Positions 9,713-20,021 of a DNA stretch of 64,000 bases are shown here, one piece after another. Position 1 is the stretch's first letter; each line of letters starts with the position of its first letter. The position numbers and the translations under genes were made by a program. The notes beneath the pieces are model-generated. The model saw only the letters and a program-made list of their open reading frames with translations, searched no databases and had not been told where the DNA came from. Source of the DNA: an uncultured Eubacteriales bacterium (GTDB lineage Bacteria; Acidobacteriota; Aminicenantia; Aminicenantales; Aminicenantaceae); contig CAYTTR010000003.1 in the NCBI GenBank assembly GCA_964440805.1, positions 22,888 through 86,887 on the forward strand, written 5' to 3'.

Positions 9713-11806
9713 TCATTTCCTGGAGTCTTTCTTTTTTCTTTTTTCCTCAAGCTCGGCCATCAACTTTTCTGCCAGATCAGAAGGAAGCTTGCCGTAACGG
9801 AGAAACTCCATGGTGAATTCAGCTTTCCCCTGGGTAAGGGAACGAAGCACAGTTGAATATCCAAACATTTCACTCAAGGGAACCTCGACATCAATGCGGC
9901 TAAAAATTCCGTCTTCTATTGAACTGATAATTACTCCCCTTCTCTGGTTAAGACTGGCAAAAATATTCCCCGCAAATTCAGAGGGCCCTTCCACCGAAAC
10001 CTTCATTAAGGGTTCCAGAATCTGGGGGCAGGCCTTCCGGTAGGCTTGTTTGAAAGCTTCCCTGGCAGCTATCTGGAAAGCAATATCTGAGGAATCAACC
10101 GGATGATACTGGCCGTCCTCAAGAACAACTCTTACCCCAATAACAGGAAAGCCGGTCAAGTTCCCCTTTTCCAGGGACTGCTGGAATCCCTTGTCACAGG
10201 AAGGAATAAATTCCCGGGGAATCCGGCCTCTTTTGACTTGATTAACAAACTCATATCTTCCTTGTTCAAGAGGCTCCAAATAACCGCTCACTCTGCCGAA
10301 TTGCCCTGCCCCTCCGGTTTGTTTCTTATGAGTATAATCATAATTCGCTCTCCTGGTGATGGCTTCCCTGTAAGCTACCTGGGGCCTGCCTGTTTGGACC
10401 TCAGCCTTGTATTCCCTTTTAATCCTTTCCAAATAGACTTCCAGGTGAAGCTCTCCCATTCCCTGGATTATGGTCTGTTTTGATTCGGGATCAATATAAA
10501 CCCGGAAAGTGGGATCCTCTTTGACAAACCTCTGCAAGGCTTTTGACATCCGGTCGGATGATTTGCTGTCGGCTGCCTCCAAGGCGAAAGAAATTACAGG
10601 ATCAGGCACAAAAATCGAAGAAAGAGTCAGATTATGCCCAGGCTTGATAAAAGTATCACCAGAGACACATTCTATACCAAAAAGAGCCACTATATCACCG
10701 GGGCCGGCCTCTTCAATGTCTTCCATCTTGTCAGCGTGCATTCGGATCAAGCGTCCAACGCGGATATTTTTCTGGGCTCTGGTATTATATAGCTCATCTC
10801 CTTTCCCGAACTTACCCTGATAAACTCGAATGTAGGTCAACTGACCATAGGGAGTATCTTCAAGTTTAAAAGCCAGAGCCACAGTAGGAGCAGCCGGATC
10901 CGGGTAAAGCCTGACTTTTTGTTCTTCCTTGTCCAAATCCGCGGCAAAATTTTCCACTTCTCCCGGATGAGGTAGATAACGGCAGACCGCATCCAGCAAT
11001 GGCTGAACTCCTTTGTTGCGGTAAGCTGAACCCATAAAAACAGGGGTGAGTTTGCGGGCAAGAGTTCCTTTTCTTATGGCTTCGATAATCATCTCCTCAG
11101 TCTCTCTTCCTTCAAGGACTGCTTCCATTAATTCATCCGAAAACATAGAGGCGGCATCGAGAAGAATTTCTCTTTTCCGGGCAGCTTCCTCTTGCAGTTC
11201 AGGCGGGATCTCCTTTTCCCGCACCACTATTCCCTCTTCTCCTTCAAAATACAGGGCTTTCATGGATATAAGATCAACTACTCCTCGGTGTTTGTCTTCC
11301 AGTCCTATGGGAAACTGCATTAGGAGGGCATTATGTCCGAGAGTGTTGGCCAGTTGATCCCGAACCTTATAAGGATTAGCTCCGATCCGGTCACATTTAT
11401 TTATAAAAGCAATTAAAGGCACATTATAGCGCCGGAATTGCCGGTCAACCGTTATACTCTGAGACTGGACTCCTCCTACGGAACAGAGGACCAGAATTCC
11501 TCCATCAAGAACCCTCAAAGCTCTTTCCACTTCTATGGTGAAGTCCACATGACCTGGAGTATCGATGATATTTATCATGTAATCAATCCAGTTGACCGAG
11601 GTAGAAGCTGAAGAAATGGTTATTCCCCTTTCTCTTTCCAGCTCCATGGAATCCATAGTGGCTCCCACTCCGTCTTTTCCCCGGACTTCGTGCATTTTAT
11701 GTATTTTTTTGCAGTAAAATAGTATTCTTTCAGTTAGAGTAGTTTTGCCTGAATCAATATGGGCACTGATTCCAATATTCCTCATTTTTTCAATATCTAT
11801 CGCCAT
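9713..11806 (-). CDS. fusA: translation elongation factor G (paralog, not in the str operon context)
   Basis: 697 aa; [18 protein letters not shown]1 motif, full EF-G domain order; no rpsL/rpsG upstream. Confidence 0.9.
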   Translation of the reverse strand: MAIDIEKMRNIGISAHIDSGKTTLTERILFYCKKIHKMHEVRGKDGVGATMDSMELERERGITISSASTSVNWIDYMINIIDTPGHVDFTIEVERALRVLDGGILVLCSVGGVQSQSITVDRQFRRYNVPLIAFINKCDRIGANPYKVRDQLANTLGHNALLMQFPIGLEDKHRGVVDLISMKALYFEGEEGIVVREKEIPPELQEEAARKREILLDAASMFSDELMEAVLEGRETEEMIIEAIRKGTLARKLTPVFMGSAYRNKGVQPLLDAVCRYLPHPGEVENFAADLDKEEQKVRLYPDPAAPTVALAFKLEDTPYGQLTYIRVYQGKFGKGDELYNTRAQKNIRVGRLIRMHADKMEDIEEAGPGDIVALFGIECVSGDTFIKPGHNLTLSSIFVPDPVISFALEAADSKSSDRMSKALQRFVKEDPTFRVYIDPESKQTIIQGMGELHLEVYLERIKREYKAEVQTGRPQVAYREAITRRANYDYTHKKQTGGAGQFGRVSGYLEPLEQGRYEFVNQVKRGRIPREFIPSCDKGFQQSLEKGNLTGFPVIGVRVVLEDGQYHPVDSSDIAFQIAAREAFKQAYRKACPQILEPLMKVSVEGPSEFAGNIFASLNQRRGVIISSIEDGIFSRIDVEVPLSEMFGYSTVLRSLTQGKAEFTMEFLRYGKLPSDLAEKLMAELEEKRKKKDSRK

Positions 11807-11911
11807 GGGTATAAAAACACCTCCCTGTTCCCTGGGTTCGGAGATTAATCAAACCCTTCGAACGAAGGCTTAATGAGAGACTGAATTATAGCCCAAAATC
11901 AACCCCTATGC

Positions 11912-11946
11912 AAGGGGACGTTCCCCAAGGTACCACCCCTTCCCAA
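11912..11946. repeat. palindromic repeat P variant (GGGGACGTTCCCC AAGGTACCACCCCTTCCC), plus orientation
   Basis: forms an inverted pair with the copy at 12328-12368. Confidence 0.6.
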
Positions 11947-12028
11947 GATCGAAATTAATATTCAATTTTGGTTTATTAAATTCACATGTTCTTTTCTATT
12001 TTTATTCAAGTAAGGTTGAAAAAATTAA

Positions 12029-12283
12029 GGGCATTAGATGTGCCTTCCGCTCTCCTTCGGCGCTTTTTCCGCCTTCTCTCACCGCTCTTCTCGGCAGCTG
12101 CGTAACTCCGCACCATTGTTCAATAAAAATCACTTTATTCTGTGTTCTGCGTTTATAATAGTCTAACCCATTTTTCCTGAGGCGTGCTCAATACATACTC
12201 GCTGTCCGACAAAGTCGGATTCCCCCGAATCGCAGTTCGAGAAGGCGTGCGCCTCAATGTCGCGGAAGGCACATTTAATGCCC
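12029..12283. mobile_element. TIR-bounded roughly 255-bp element (MITE-like or structured ncRNA), copy B, reverse orientation relative to copy A
   Basis: 22-bp terminal inverted repeats gggcattagatgtgccttccgc / gcggaaggcacatttaatgccc; core is homologous to 24183-24389 (blocks GCGACATTGAGGCGC, GGGAATCCGACTTTGTCGGA, GGAGTTACGCAGCTGCCGAGAAGAGCGGTGAGAGAA, GCGCCGAAG) and carries a roughly 60-nt AT-rich insertion. Confidence 0.55.
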
Positions 12284-12327
12284 TCCAAAAAAACATTTCT
12301 TACAAAAAGGTAAATAACGCCTCTCTT

Positions 12328-12368
12328 GGGGAAGGGGTGGTACCTTGGGGAACGTCCCCCCCTTTTTG
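12328..12368. repeat. palindromic repeat P variant, minus orientation (partner of 11912-11946)
   Basis: gggaaggggtggtaccttggggaacgtcccccccttttt. Confidence 0.6.
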
Positions 12369-12419
12369 ACTTTTCTAATTATACTGGATAACATGATGCC
12401 GCAAAGGAAAGGGGAAATA

Positions 12420-13520
12420 ATGAAAACCATTCTTGGCTCCAGACTTCGCCGGGCAAGGGAAGAACTGGGACTTTCTCAAGCTGATCTGGCAAGGAAAATC
12501 AAAATCTCCAACGAGCACATCTGGCACTTAGAACATGGAAAACGAAGCCCCAGTTTGGATGTTCTTACCCGTTTGGCAGAATTTTTCAAAAAAGATATTG
12601 GCTATTTTATAAAAGAAAAGGAGGCTTCTTTTCAACTGCTTTTCCAGGAAAAAACACTGGATAAAAAAACCAAATCTTATCTCCGGAAATTTAAAAAACA
12701 CTGCCAGGATTATTTGCTTCTGGAAGAGCTGACCGGGAACCGCTTGCCTAACGCCCCTCTTTACCATACTCCTGACCCGGAAAAAATGGCTATAGAAGAA
12801 AGACAGCGGCTTGGTTTGGGAAACCATCCGCTAAGAAATGTTTTTTTTCTACTGGAACAACAAAACTTTCATCTTATCCGGCAATGCCTGGGGACAGAAA
12901 GTCAAATAACGGGTATTTTCATTTATTTAAATGATGAAGATGAAGCCTTTGCTCTAATTAATGCTTCGCTATCAGAAGAAAAACAAACTCTGGCCGCAGT
13001 CCATCTCTATGGACATTTCCTCAAAGACCGTCTTGGAGGGCCAATTATTGATAATCCTGATGTTTTTATTGACGAATATCTTGAGCTCTATCATCCAAGA
13101 GAGAAATTCTCCCAGATTTTTACCTCCCGCTTCCTTCTCCCCCGGACATTTCTTAAGGATTTAATTTCCTCTTTCTCTAAGAAAAGTTTTCTGGACTTAG
13201 AAGTTATCCTTTATTTAAAACGTATCACTGGAGTGGAACAACAAGTACTGCTTTCTGCTCTCCAAGAAATGGAAGTATTGACCTCAACTCACGGTAAGGA
13301 TTTAAATAAACTCGATTTAAATAAAGAAGCTGAAAAATTTTTCTCAATTCCAGAGCGGACCGGGCATCCCAAATTGAGAAAAGGACAAATAATAATCTCT
13401 GACCGCTTCTATTTCCTGGCTTGTGGAGCCTTTAGAAAGAAAAAAATCACTCTTGAGGAAACAGCCCAGCTAACCGGGGTAGAGAAAAACAAGATTAGCA
13501 GCTTTTTCCGGAAAAAATAG
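12420..13520 (+). CDS. XRE-family HTH transcriptional regulator with a long (about 300 aa) C-terminal domain, possibly a degenerate ImmA/IrrE-like domain
   Basis: start ATG at 12420 preceded by aaaggaaagggg; HTH LGLSQADLARKIKISNEHIWHLEHGKRSPS; C-terminal HLYGH in place of HExxH; the ORF-track start at 12345 lies inside the repeat. Confidence 0.6.
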   Translation: MKTILGSRLRRAREELGLSQADLARKIKISNEHIWHLEHGKRSPSLDVLTRLAEFFKKDIGYFIKEKEASFQLLFQEKTLDKKTKSYLRKFKKHCQDYLLLEELTGNRLPNAPLYHTPDPEKMAIEERQRLGLGNHPLRNVFFLLEQQNFHLIRQCLGTESQITGIFIYLNDEDEAFALINASLSEEKQTLAAVHLYGHFLKDRLGGPIIDNPDVFIDEYLELYHPREKFSQIFTSRFLLPRTFLKDLISSFSKKSFLDLEVILYLKRITGVEQQVLLSALQEMEVLTSTHGKDLNKLDLNKEAEKFFSIPERTGHPKLRKGQIIISDRFYFLACGAFRKKKITLEETAQLTGVEKNKISSFFRKK

Positions 13521-13560
13521 CTATCTACCTTATCTGGATTATTAAAATAAGGAGAAGAAA

Positions 13561-13878
13561 GTGAACAATGTTAAAATCTTGAGCATCGGTGTCATTTTTC
13601 TTTTACTTATTATTACCTTAATCAGTTGCGTTCCAGGCCCCAACAAACTGGAAAAAACTCCCAATGAAGAAGGAAGGGTAGCTGGCTTTTTACTGGGTAT
13701 ATGGCACGGCCTCCTGGCTCCAATTACCTTCATTATCTCTATTTTCACCAAAAATGTCCGCTTCTATGAAGTCCACAACAACGGCTTCTGGTACAACCTT
13801 GGCTTTGTCCTGGGCGCTGGCCTTTTTCTAAGCGGAGGCATTCTGGGGAAAAAAGGCACCAAAAGAAGTAAATACTGA
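13561..13878 (+). CDS. small lipoprotein / membrane protein (GTG start)
   Basis: signal peptide with lipobox-like LISC; second hydrophobic segment. Confidence 0.4.
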   Translation: MNNVKILSIGVIFLLLIITLISCVPGPNKLEKTPNEEGRVAGFLLGIWHGLLAPITFIISIFTKNVRFYEVHNNGFWYNLGFVLGAGLFLSGGILGKKGTKRSKY

Positions 13879-13980
13879 CTATAGCTTAATAAAAAATCAC
13901 CCCAAAAGGCTATGGTGCAGAGTATTAACGGTTATGTTATAATATATCAGAATATAAAAGATAGCTTATCCCGGTTAAAA

Positions 13981-16900
13981 ATGAGACAAAAGAAGAAAAG
14001 CAATAAAATTACTTCCGGAGAGAAAAAGAATTCTCCTCCATTAGACTCTGGCAAAAATAAGAGAAGCTCTCTCCCCTCCAGTTCAGAAGAAAAATTCAAT
14101 CTTATCTTTCAATACGCTCCTGATGCCTATTATATAAACGATTTTAAGGGAAATTTTCTTGATGGAAACCAGGCGGCTGAGGAACTCACAGGCTATAAGA
14201 AAGAAGAGCTTATCGGTAAGAATATGCTGGAATCAGGCCTTCTTCCGCCAGATCAAATTCCCATTGCCGCAAACAATCTCAAAAGGAATGCCGCAGGTGA
14301 AGCCACCGGCCCGGATGAAATCATAATTGTCCGCAAAGACAGCTCTCGTATTCCTGTTGAAATCAGGACCTTCCCTGTAACCATCCAGGGAAAATCCATG
14401 GTTCTGGCAATCGCCAGAGACATTTCAGCCCGAAATCAGAAGCAGGCTGAAAGAATCATCAGAAGGCGAAACGCTCAATTGGAACTTATCCGCCGTATCC
14501 AACAGGAAATCCCTATGGATACGGATATAGAGACAATTCTGAAAAATTCATCAGAGAGCATAGGAAAAATATTCGGCTATCATAAAGTTGCAGTTAACCT
14601 TTATGATGAAAAAACTAAAGAAATCATCCATCTTCTGGGCTGGAATACAACTGGAGTAGAGACTCCCCGCAATTACAGACAGAAGCTTGGCCAGGGCTTA
14701 ATAGGCAAAGCTGCCGCAGACCGCAAGACAATTCTTTGCAACGACGTCTCCACACATCCGGATTATTTCAGTTTACCCGGAGAAAAAACCCAATCTGAAC
14801 TATGTATTCCTCTTTTAGCCGAAAACAGGCTGGTCGGAGTGCTGGATATTCAAGACAACCGTTTGAATGCTATCTCTGAGGAAGATATATCCATCCTCAA
14901 ATCAATTGCCCGCTATATAGCCTATGTCATTAATGCCCGCCAGAAAGAAGAAGCATTGGAAGAAAGCCTGGGTAAACACCGGGATATCCTGACCAATATG
15001 CAGGAAGCTTATTATGAAACGGATCTCCAAGGAAACTTTACCTTCTTTAATGATTCTTTGTGCCTGATGTTGGACCTGCCTGCTTCCCGGATAAAGGGAA
15101 TGAACAACCGGGAGTACATGGATGAAGAAAGTGCCAAGAGGGTATTTAATATTTTCAATAAAGTCTACCAAACCGGTAAACCGTTTAAAGCAGTGGAGCT
15201 TGAAGTAACCAGGGAAGACGGCACCAGGCAGTATGTGGAGTTTTCGGTTTCCTTAAAAAAAGACCGTCAAGGTAAACCCTCGGGCTTCTGGGGAATAATC
15301 CATGATGTAACAGAGCACAAGGAAGCAGAAAAAGCTTTACAAAAGGCAAACACCTGGCTTAATTCTCTTATTATGGCTATACCCGATGTAGTTTATCTTA
15401 AAGATATTTACGGCCGCAACCTGGTAGTCAACAAAGCTTTCGAAGACTTGGCCGGTGTTCCCATAAGTAAAATTGAAGGGAAAAAAGATGATGAACTTCT
15501 TCCTCCGGACTTAGCTGAAAACTGCCGGAAAAGCGATTTAGATACAATTAAGACCAGGAAAGTCATCAAGCTGGAGGAAAAGTATACTATGCCCGAAGGA
15601 AAAATCCGTTATTTCGAAACCATTAAATCCCCCATTTATGATGAAAAAGGCCAAGTTGCCGGTCTGGTTGGAGTAAGCCGCGATATTACGGAGAGAAAAA
15701 ACTGGGAAAAAGAACTCAAGAGAAGCGAGATGGTCTACCGGGCTCTTTTTGAGCATGCCAATGATGCTGTTTTCCTGATGGATTTAAACGGCATCCATAT
15801 ATCGGCCAACCGGAGAGCAGCAGAAATGCTGGGATACAGCCGGGAGGAAATTATCGGCAAATCTTTTGAAGAACTGGTAGCTTTAAGCGAAAAAGAAGCT
15901 GCCCGGAAAAAATTAAAAAATATAATCGGAGGAAAAACTTTACCTACTTACGAACGCTACTTCAGGAGAAAGGACGGAAAAGAATTCCCGGCTGAAATCA
16001 ATGTTTCCTTAATAAAAGACAGCTCCGGTAACCCCATAATGATTCAAAGCATTGCCCGGGATATCACTGAACGGAAGCAGTTTGAAGAAAAATTAAAGTT
16101 ATCTGACGCAATTCTTCAAAATGTAGGAAATATTATCCTGGTTGGAGACACCAAAGGAGATATTATTTATGCCTGCCCGGCTGTTGAAACCAGCCTGGGT
16201 TATAAACCGGAAGAAGTTCTGGGAGACGGCTGGTGGAAGCTTTCCCGCGAAGATCCAGAAGAAAGGAAAAAGGAAAAAGAACTGGTAGCCCGTTTTGCCA
16301 GAGGGGAAGCTAAAATAAGAGAAGATCTCTACGAGGCTGAACTTGTTCACAAAAACGGCAGCAAACGGTGGATCCTCTGGCACGACTCCAAAGGACCGGC
16401 TGGAACCGTAATCGGGGTTGGTTACGACATTACTGAACGCAAAAAAGCCCAGGCCCAGTTACAATACTCCCTTCAAGAGAAAGAAATTCTGCTTAAAGAA
16501 ATACACCACCGGGTTAAAAACAACTTGCAGGTAATTTCAAGCCTGCTTAATCTTCAGTTAAGAAAAATAACCGATCCCGATTACGTAACCATTTTCAAAG
16601 AAAGCCAGAACCGCATCCGTTCCATGGCCTTGGTTCATGATATGCTTTACCGTTCAGAAAGCCTTAACCAAATTGATTTCTCCTCCTATATAAAAAGCCT
16701 GACCGATTATCTCTTGCAATCCTACCAGGTGACCAAGAAAGATATAAAACTCCATTACCAGGTCGAAAACATCCCCTTGGATATTTCCACTGCTATCTCC
16801 TGCGGCTTGATTATAAATGAGCTGGTTTCCAATGTCTTGAAACATGCTTTCCCGCCGGGGGAAAAAGGAGATATTCACCTTACTTTTAAAAAACTTAAAG

Positions 16901-17088
16901 ACAAAAAATTACTGCTGCAAGTGAAAGACACCGGTGCCGGACTTCTGGAAGACTTTGATATTCAGAAAACCACGTCTCTGGGAATGAAAATTGTATCCAT
17001 GCTGGCCGGTCAAATTCAGGGCAAGCTTGAATTTGACTCCAACGGCGGCACTGAATTCAGGGTTATTTTCGAAGATAAGGGAAAATAA
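13981..17088 (+). CDS. multi-PAS/GAF sensor histidine kinase, HisKA_2 (HWE-type) family
   Basis: several PAS modules (ERKxxEE junctions), a GAF-like region, the H-box EIHHRVKNNLQVISSLLNLQ typical of HisKA_2, and a C-terminal HATPase; the ORF could start at 13912. Confidence 0.8.
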   Translation: MRQKKKSNKITSGEKKNSPPLDSGKNKRSSLPSSSEEKFNLIFQYAPDAYYINDFKGNFLDGNQAAEELTGYKKEELIGKNMLESGLLPPDQIPIAANNLKRNAAGEATGPDEIIIVRKDSSRIPVEIRTFPVTIQGKSMVLAIARDISARNQKQAERIIRRRNAQLELIRRIQQEIPMDTDIETILKNSSESIGKIFGYHKVAVNLYDEKTKEIIHLLGWNTTGVETPRNYRQKLGQGLIGKAAADRKTILCNDVSTHPDYFSLPGEKTQSELCIPLLAENRLVGVLDIQDNRLNAISEEDISILKSIARYIAYVINARQKEEALEESLGKHRDILTNMQEAYYETDLQGNFTFFNDSLCLMLDLPASRIKGMNNREYMDEESAKRVFNIFNKVYQTGKPFKAVELEVTREDGTRQYVEFSVSLKKDRQGKPSGFWGIIHDVTEHKEAEKALQKANTWLNSLIMAIPDVVYLKDIYGRNLVVNKAFEDLAGVPISKIEGKKDDELLPPDLAENCRKSDLDTIKTRKVIKLEEKYTMPEGKIRYFETIKSPIYDEKGQVAGLVGVSRDITERKNWEKELKRSEMVYRALFEHANDAVFLMDLNGIHISANRRAAEMLGYSREEIIGKSFEELVALSEKEAARKKLKNIIGGKTLPTYERYFRRKDGKEFPAEINVSLIKDSSGNPIMIQSIARDITERKQFEEKLKLSDAILQNVGNIILVGDTKGDIIYACPAVETSLGYKPEEVLGDGWWKLSREDPEERKKEKELVARFARGEAKIREDLYEAELVHKNGSKRWILWHDSKGPAGTVIGVGYDITERKKAQAQLQYSLQEKEILLKEIHHRVKNNLQVISSLLNLQLRKITDPDYVTIFKESQNRIRSMALVHDMLYRSESLNQIDFSSYIKSLTDYLLQSYQVTKKDIKLHYQVENIPLDISTAISCGLIINELVSNVLKHAFPPGEKGDIHLTFKKLKDKKLLLQVKDTGAGLLEDFDIQKTTSLGMKIVSMLAGQIQGKLEFDSNGGTEFRVIFEDKGK

Positions 17089-17089
17089 C

Positions 17090-17178
17090 TGGTGCCGGAG
17101 GAGGGAGTCGAACCCACACCCTGGTCGCCCAGGACTGGATTTTGAGTCCAGCGCGTCTGCCAGTTTCGCCACTCCGGC
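17090..17178 (-). tRNA. tRNA-Leu (anticodon CAA) with long variable arm and encoded CCA
   Basis: reverse complement GCCGGAGTGGCGAAACTGGCAGACGCGCTGGACTCAAAATCCAGTCCTGGGCGACCAGGGTGTGGGTTCGACTCCCTCCTCCGGCACCA; anticodon loop CTCAAAA. Confidence 0.85.
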
Positions 17179-17230
17179 TGAATCCATTTTTTAACATTTT
17201 TCACCTGACCGGTCAATACACAGAAAAAGA

Positions 17231-17366
17231 CTATTCAGTCTGTCTGGTCTATTTCGTCTATTCAGCCTATTCGGTGATTCAATTAAATCAATTGGGCGGG
17301 GCGAGATGAGCGAGAAAGGCGAGAAAAGTAAAAAGCGTTAGTTGCGTTTATTGCGTTAGTTGCGTG
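17231..17366. repeat. composite intergenic repeat (9-mer array, GAG-box GGGCGGGGCGAGATGAGCGAGAAAGGCGAGAAAAG, second array GCGTTAGTTGCGTTTATTGCG)
   Basis: homologous modules at 6 other loci. Confidence 0.6.
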
Positions 17367-17512
17367 TTACCATGTCGTCTGCCTTCAGGCATGTTCTAGT
17401 GATTACAGGACGTCATTTCTATCAGTTGCGGGTAGCGAGGTTGCCTTAGGTAATCAGCTTCTAAAATTTGACTTTTAGGCTAAATCTAAGCATAATCTTT
17501 GGCTGAAGTTCG

Positions 17513-18514
17513 GTGAAAATATCCAAAAAAAAACTGAAAGAAACCCTGGACCGCTTTGCCGGAAAAAAAATCATAGTCTGGGGTGACTTTATCTTAGATG
17601 AATACATTACTGGTGTTACCAGCCGCGTATCAAGAGAAGCCCCAGCCTTAATTCTTTCTTTCAGGAGCAGAGAATTCTTTCTTGGTGGTGCCGGAAACAC
17701 TGTACGTAACCTGAAAGCCCTGGGTGCCCAGCCTATACCGGTAGGAGTAATAGGCAGGGATAAGACGGGGGAAATAGTTGCCCAGAAACTACGGGAAGAA
17801 GGAATTACAACCAATTATTTAATTTCCTGTCAGAATTTTCCCACTCCATTAAAAACCCGCATTCTGGCCGGCGAGGAATCTGCCCGGAAGCAACAAATTC
17901 TTCGCCTGGATTACGAAGAAAAAGTCCCGGATGAGAAATCTATTAAACAGTCTGTTACAGCTCATCTTAAAACCTTAATACCCAGCGCCGGAGGAATGAT
18001 TATCTCTGATTATAACTATCTGGGAGTAAAAGAGGATACATTCAGAAATATTTTACCTGAGTGTCGCAAGACCGGTTTTGCTCTCACTCTTGATTCAAGA
18101 TTCAGGTTGCTTAACTTCAGAGAAGTAACCGCTTTAACTCCTAATGAATCCGAAATTGAAGAAGCTCTTCATATTTCTCTTAACGACAATACGGAAATAA
18201 TAATAAAAGCAGGACGGGCTGTTATCAAGAAAACCGCTGCCAAGGCCGTACTCCTTACCCGTGGTTCTAAAGGGATGATCCTTTTTGAAAAAAGAAAATC
18301 TCCTTTCTTTATCCCTATTCACGGAACAACCGAGATAGTTGACGGCACCGGTGCCGGAGATACAGTAATCAGTGTCTTTTCCTTAGCTTTAGCCTGCGGA
18401 GCTTCAGCCAGAGAGGCTGCTTTCCTTTCTAACTTAGCCGGCGGGGTGGTGGTCATGAAAAAAGGTACGGCTGTTTGCAGCCGTAAAGAACTGGAAGAGG
18501 CTGTTATTTCTTGA
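17513..18514 (+). CDS. hldA: D-glycero-beta-D-manno-heptose-7-phosphate kinase (HldE domain I, PfkB family)
   Basis: 333 aa; PfkB carbohydrate kinase motifs; C-terminal GAGDT. Confidence 0.8.
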   Translation: MKISKKKLKETLDRFAGKKIIVWGDFILDEYITGVTSRVSREAPALILSFRSREFFLGGAGNTVRNLKALGAQPIPVGVIGRDKTGEIVAQKLREEGITTNYLISCQNFPTPLKTRILAGEESARKQQILRLDYEEKVPDEKSIKQSVTAHLKTLIPSAGGMIISDYNYLGVKEDTFRNILPECRKTGFALTLDSRFRLLNFREVTALTPNESEIEEALHISLNDNTEIIIKAGRAVIKKTAAKAVLLTRGSKGMILFEKRKSPFFIPIHGTTEIVDGTGAGDTVISVFSLALACGASAREAAFLSNLAGGVVVMKKGTAVCSRKELEEAVIS

Positions 18515-19008
18515 AAGATCAGAAAATTTTCCCGCTGTCACATCTCATCCGCCTTATTGAAAAAGAAAAAAAAAGAGGAAAAAAAATTATCTTGGCTAAC
18601 GGCTGCTTCGACCTTATCCATGTGGGACATATCCGCTATCTCCGGATATCCAAAAAAAAAGGAGATATCCTGGTGGTTGCCCTTAACAGCGATGCCTCGG
18701 TTCGAAATCTCAAAGGAGCCGGAAGACCCATCCTCAGTTTGAAGGAAAGACTGGAAATTTTAGCCGCCATAGAGTATGTCGATTACCTGACTTTTTTTGA
18801 AGAAAGTTCTGTGGACAAAATTCTTCAGGCTCTCAAGCCCGATGTCCATGCCAAAGGCTCCGATTATACCGAAGAAAGTGTCCCGGAGAGAAAAACAGTT
18901 CTTTCATACGGAGGAGAAATTGCCATTACCGGCGGTCCAAAAGTAAGGTCAACCTCTGACATAATCCGGGAAATCAAGGAAAAGTTAAGCCCGGAAAAGA
19001 GTGAATGA
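18511..19008 (+). CDS. hldC: D-glycero-beta-D-manno-heptose-1-phosphate adenylyltransferase (HldE domain II)
   Basis: ANGCFDLIHVGHIRYL cytidylyltransferase-like HxGH motif; 4-nt overlap with the kinase gene. Confidence 0.8.
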   Translation: MKDQKIFPLSHLIRLIEKEKKRGKKIILANGCFDLIHVGHIRYLRISKKKGDILVVALNSDASVRNLKGAGRPILSLKERLEILAAIEYVDYLTFFEESSVDKILQALKPDVHAKGSDYTEESVPERKTVLSYGGEIAITGGPKVRSTSDIIREIKEKLSPEKSE

Positions 19009-20021
19009 GAGATATTTTAATAATCCGCCTCAGCTCCTTAGGAGATATTATCCACACTCTCCCTGCTTTTGCAGCTTTGAGAAAATACTGCCGCGGAAAA
19101 ATAAGCTGGGTGGTGGAAGGAAAAGGCCGGGAAATACTTGAATGCGTTCCCGGAATAGATGAAATAATCTGCCTTCCATCCCCGAAAAGCCAATGGTGGT
19201 CCTATTTTTTGGGAAAAGAATCTTCTTCTCTCAGGCAAAAAAACCGCTTAGCGCTTGACTTCCAGGGATTGCTTAAATCCGGATTTTTAGCTTTCTTTTC
19301 CCGGGCCGAAAAGAGACTGGGATTCAGCCGGATAGATTTAAGAGAACCGGCAGCCTCCATTTTTTACACTGTTCATCTTCCCAATCTCCGGAGAGAAACA
19401 CATGTAATTCAAAAGAACCTGAAACTTCTTTCCCTACTGGGAATAAAAGAACAAAAAATACTTTTTCCCTTGGAAATCCCGGAAGATGCCTGCTTGAGCC
19501 TTCAACAAAAACTCAACGAGCCGGTTTCTCTAAATAACTCTTCCCTTTTGGTAGTCAATGTCGGGGCAGCCTGGGAATCAAAGAGATGGTTCACCTCTTC
19601 CTGGGTAAAATATCTGGAGCTTCTCCGGGATATTCCGGGCCTCTCCCCTCTAATTCTCTGGGGAACGGAGTCAGAAAAAAAACAGGCCCAGGAATTATCC
19701 GAAAAAACAGGAACCCCGGTGGTTCCTTTTCTGACTTTAAAAGAAGTCCTGGCTCTTATTGAAAAATCCCGGTTAGTGGTCAGCGGAGATTCCTTTGCCC
19801 TGCAGGCTGCCACTGCTTTACAGAAACCAATGGTGGCTCTTTTTGGCCCCACCAATCCCCAAAGGAACGGCCCCTTCCACCAGGAAAGCAGAGTGGCTTT
19901 CCATAAGCTCTCATGCAGCTACTGCTACCAGAGAACCTGTTCCCGGCTGGACTGTCTGAAAAATATCACTCCTGAAGAAATTATCTCTCTCACCCGGGAT
20001 TTATTAAAAAACGATGGATAA
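19005..20021 (+). CDS. GT9 family ADP-heptose:LPS heptosyltransferase
   Basis: N-terminal ILIIRLSSLGDIIHTLPAF typical of RfaF/RfaC/WaaQ. Confidence 0.8.
   Translation: MRDILIIRLSSLGDIIHTLPAFAALRKYCRGKISWVVEGKGREILECVPGIDEIICLPSPKSQWWSYFLGKESSSLRQKNRLALDFQGLLKSGFLAFFSRAEKRLGFSRIDLREPAASIFYTVHLPNLRRETHVIQKNLKLLSLLGIKEQKILFPLEIPEDACLSLQQKLNEPVSLNNSSLLVVNVGAAWESKRWFTSSWVKYLELLRDIPGLSPLILWGTESEKKQAQELSEKTGTPVVPFLTLKEVLALIEKSRLVVSGDSFALQAATALQKPMVALFGPTNPQRNGPFHQESRVAFHKLSCSYCYQRTCSRLDCLKNITPEEIISLTRDLLKNDG

Noticed and set aside
12184-12369. 61-aa ORF inside the nested repeat structure
   Set aside because: Lies entirely within the TIR element and P repeat; its codons are repeat-derived. No RBS or conservation evident.
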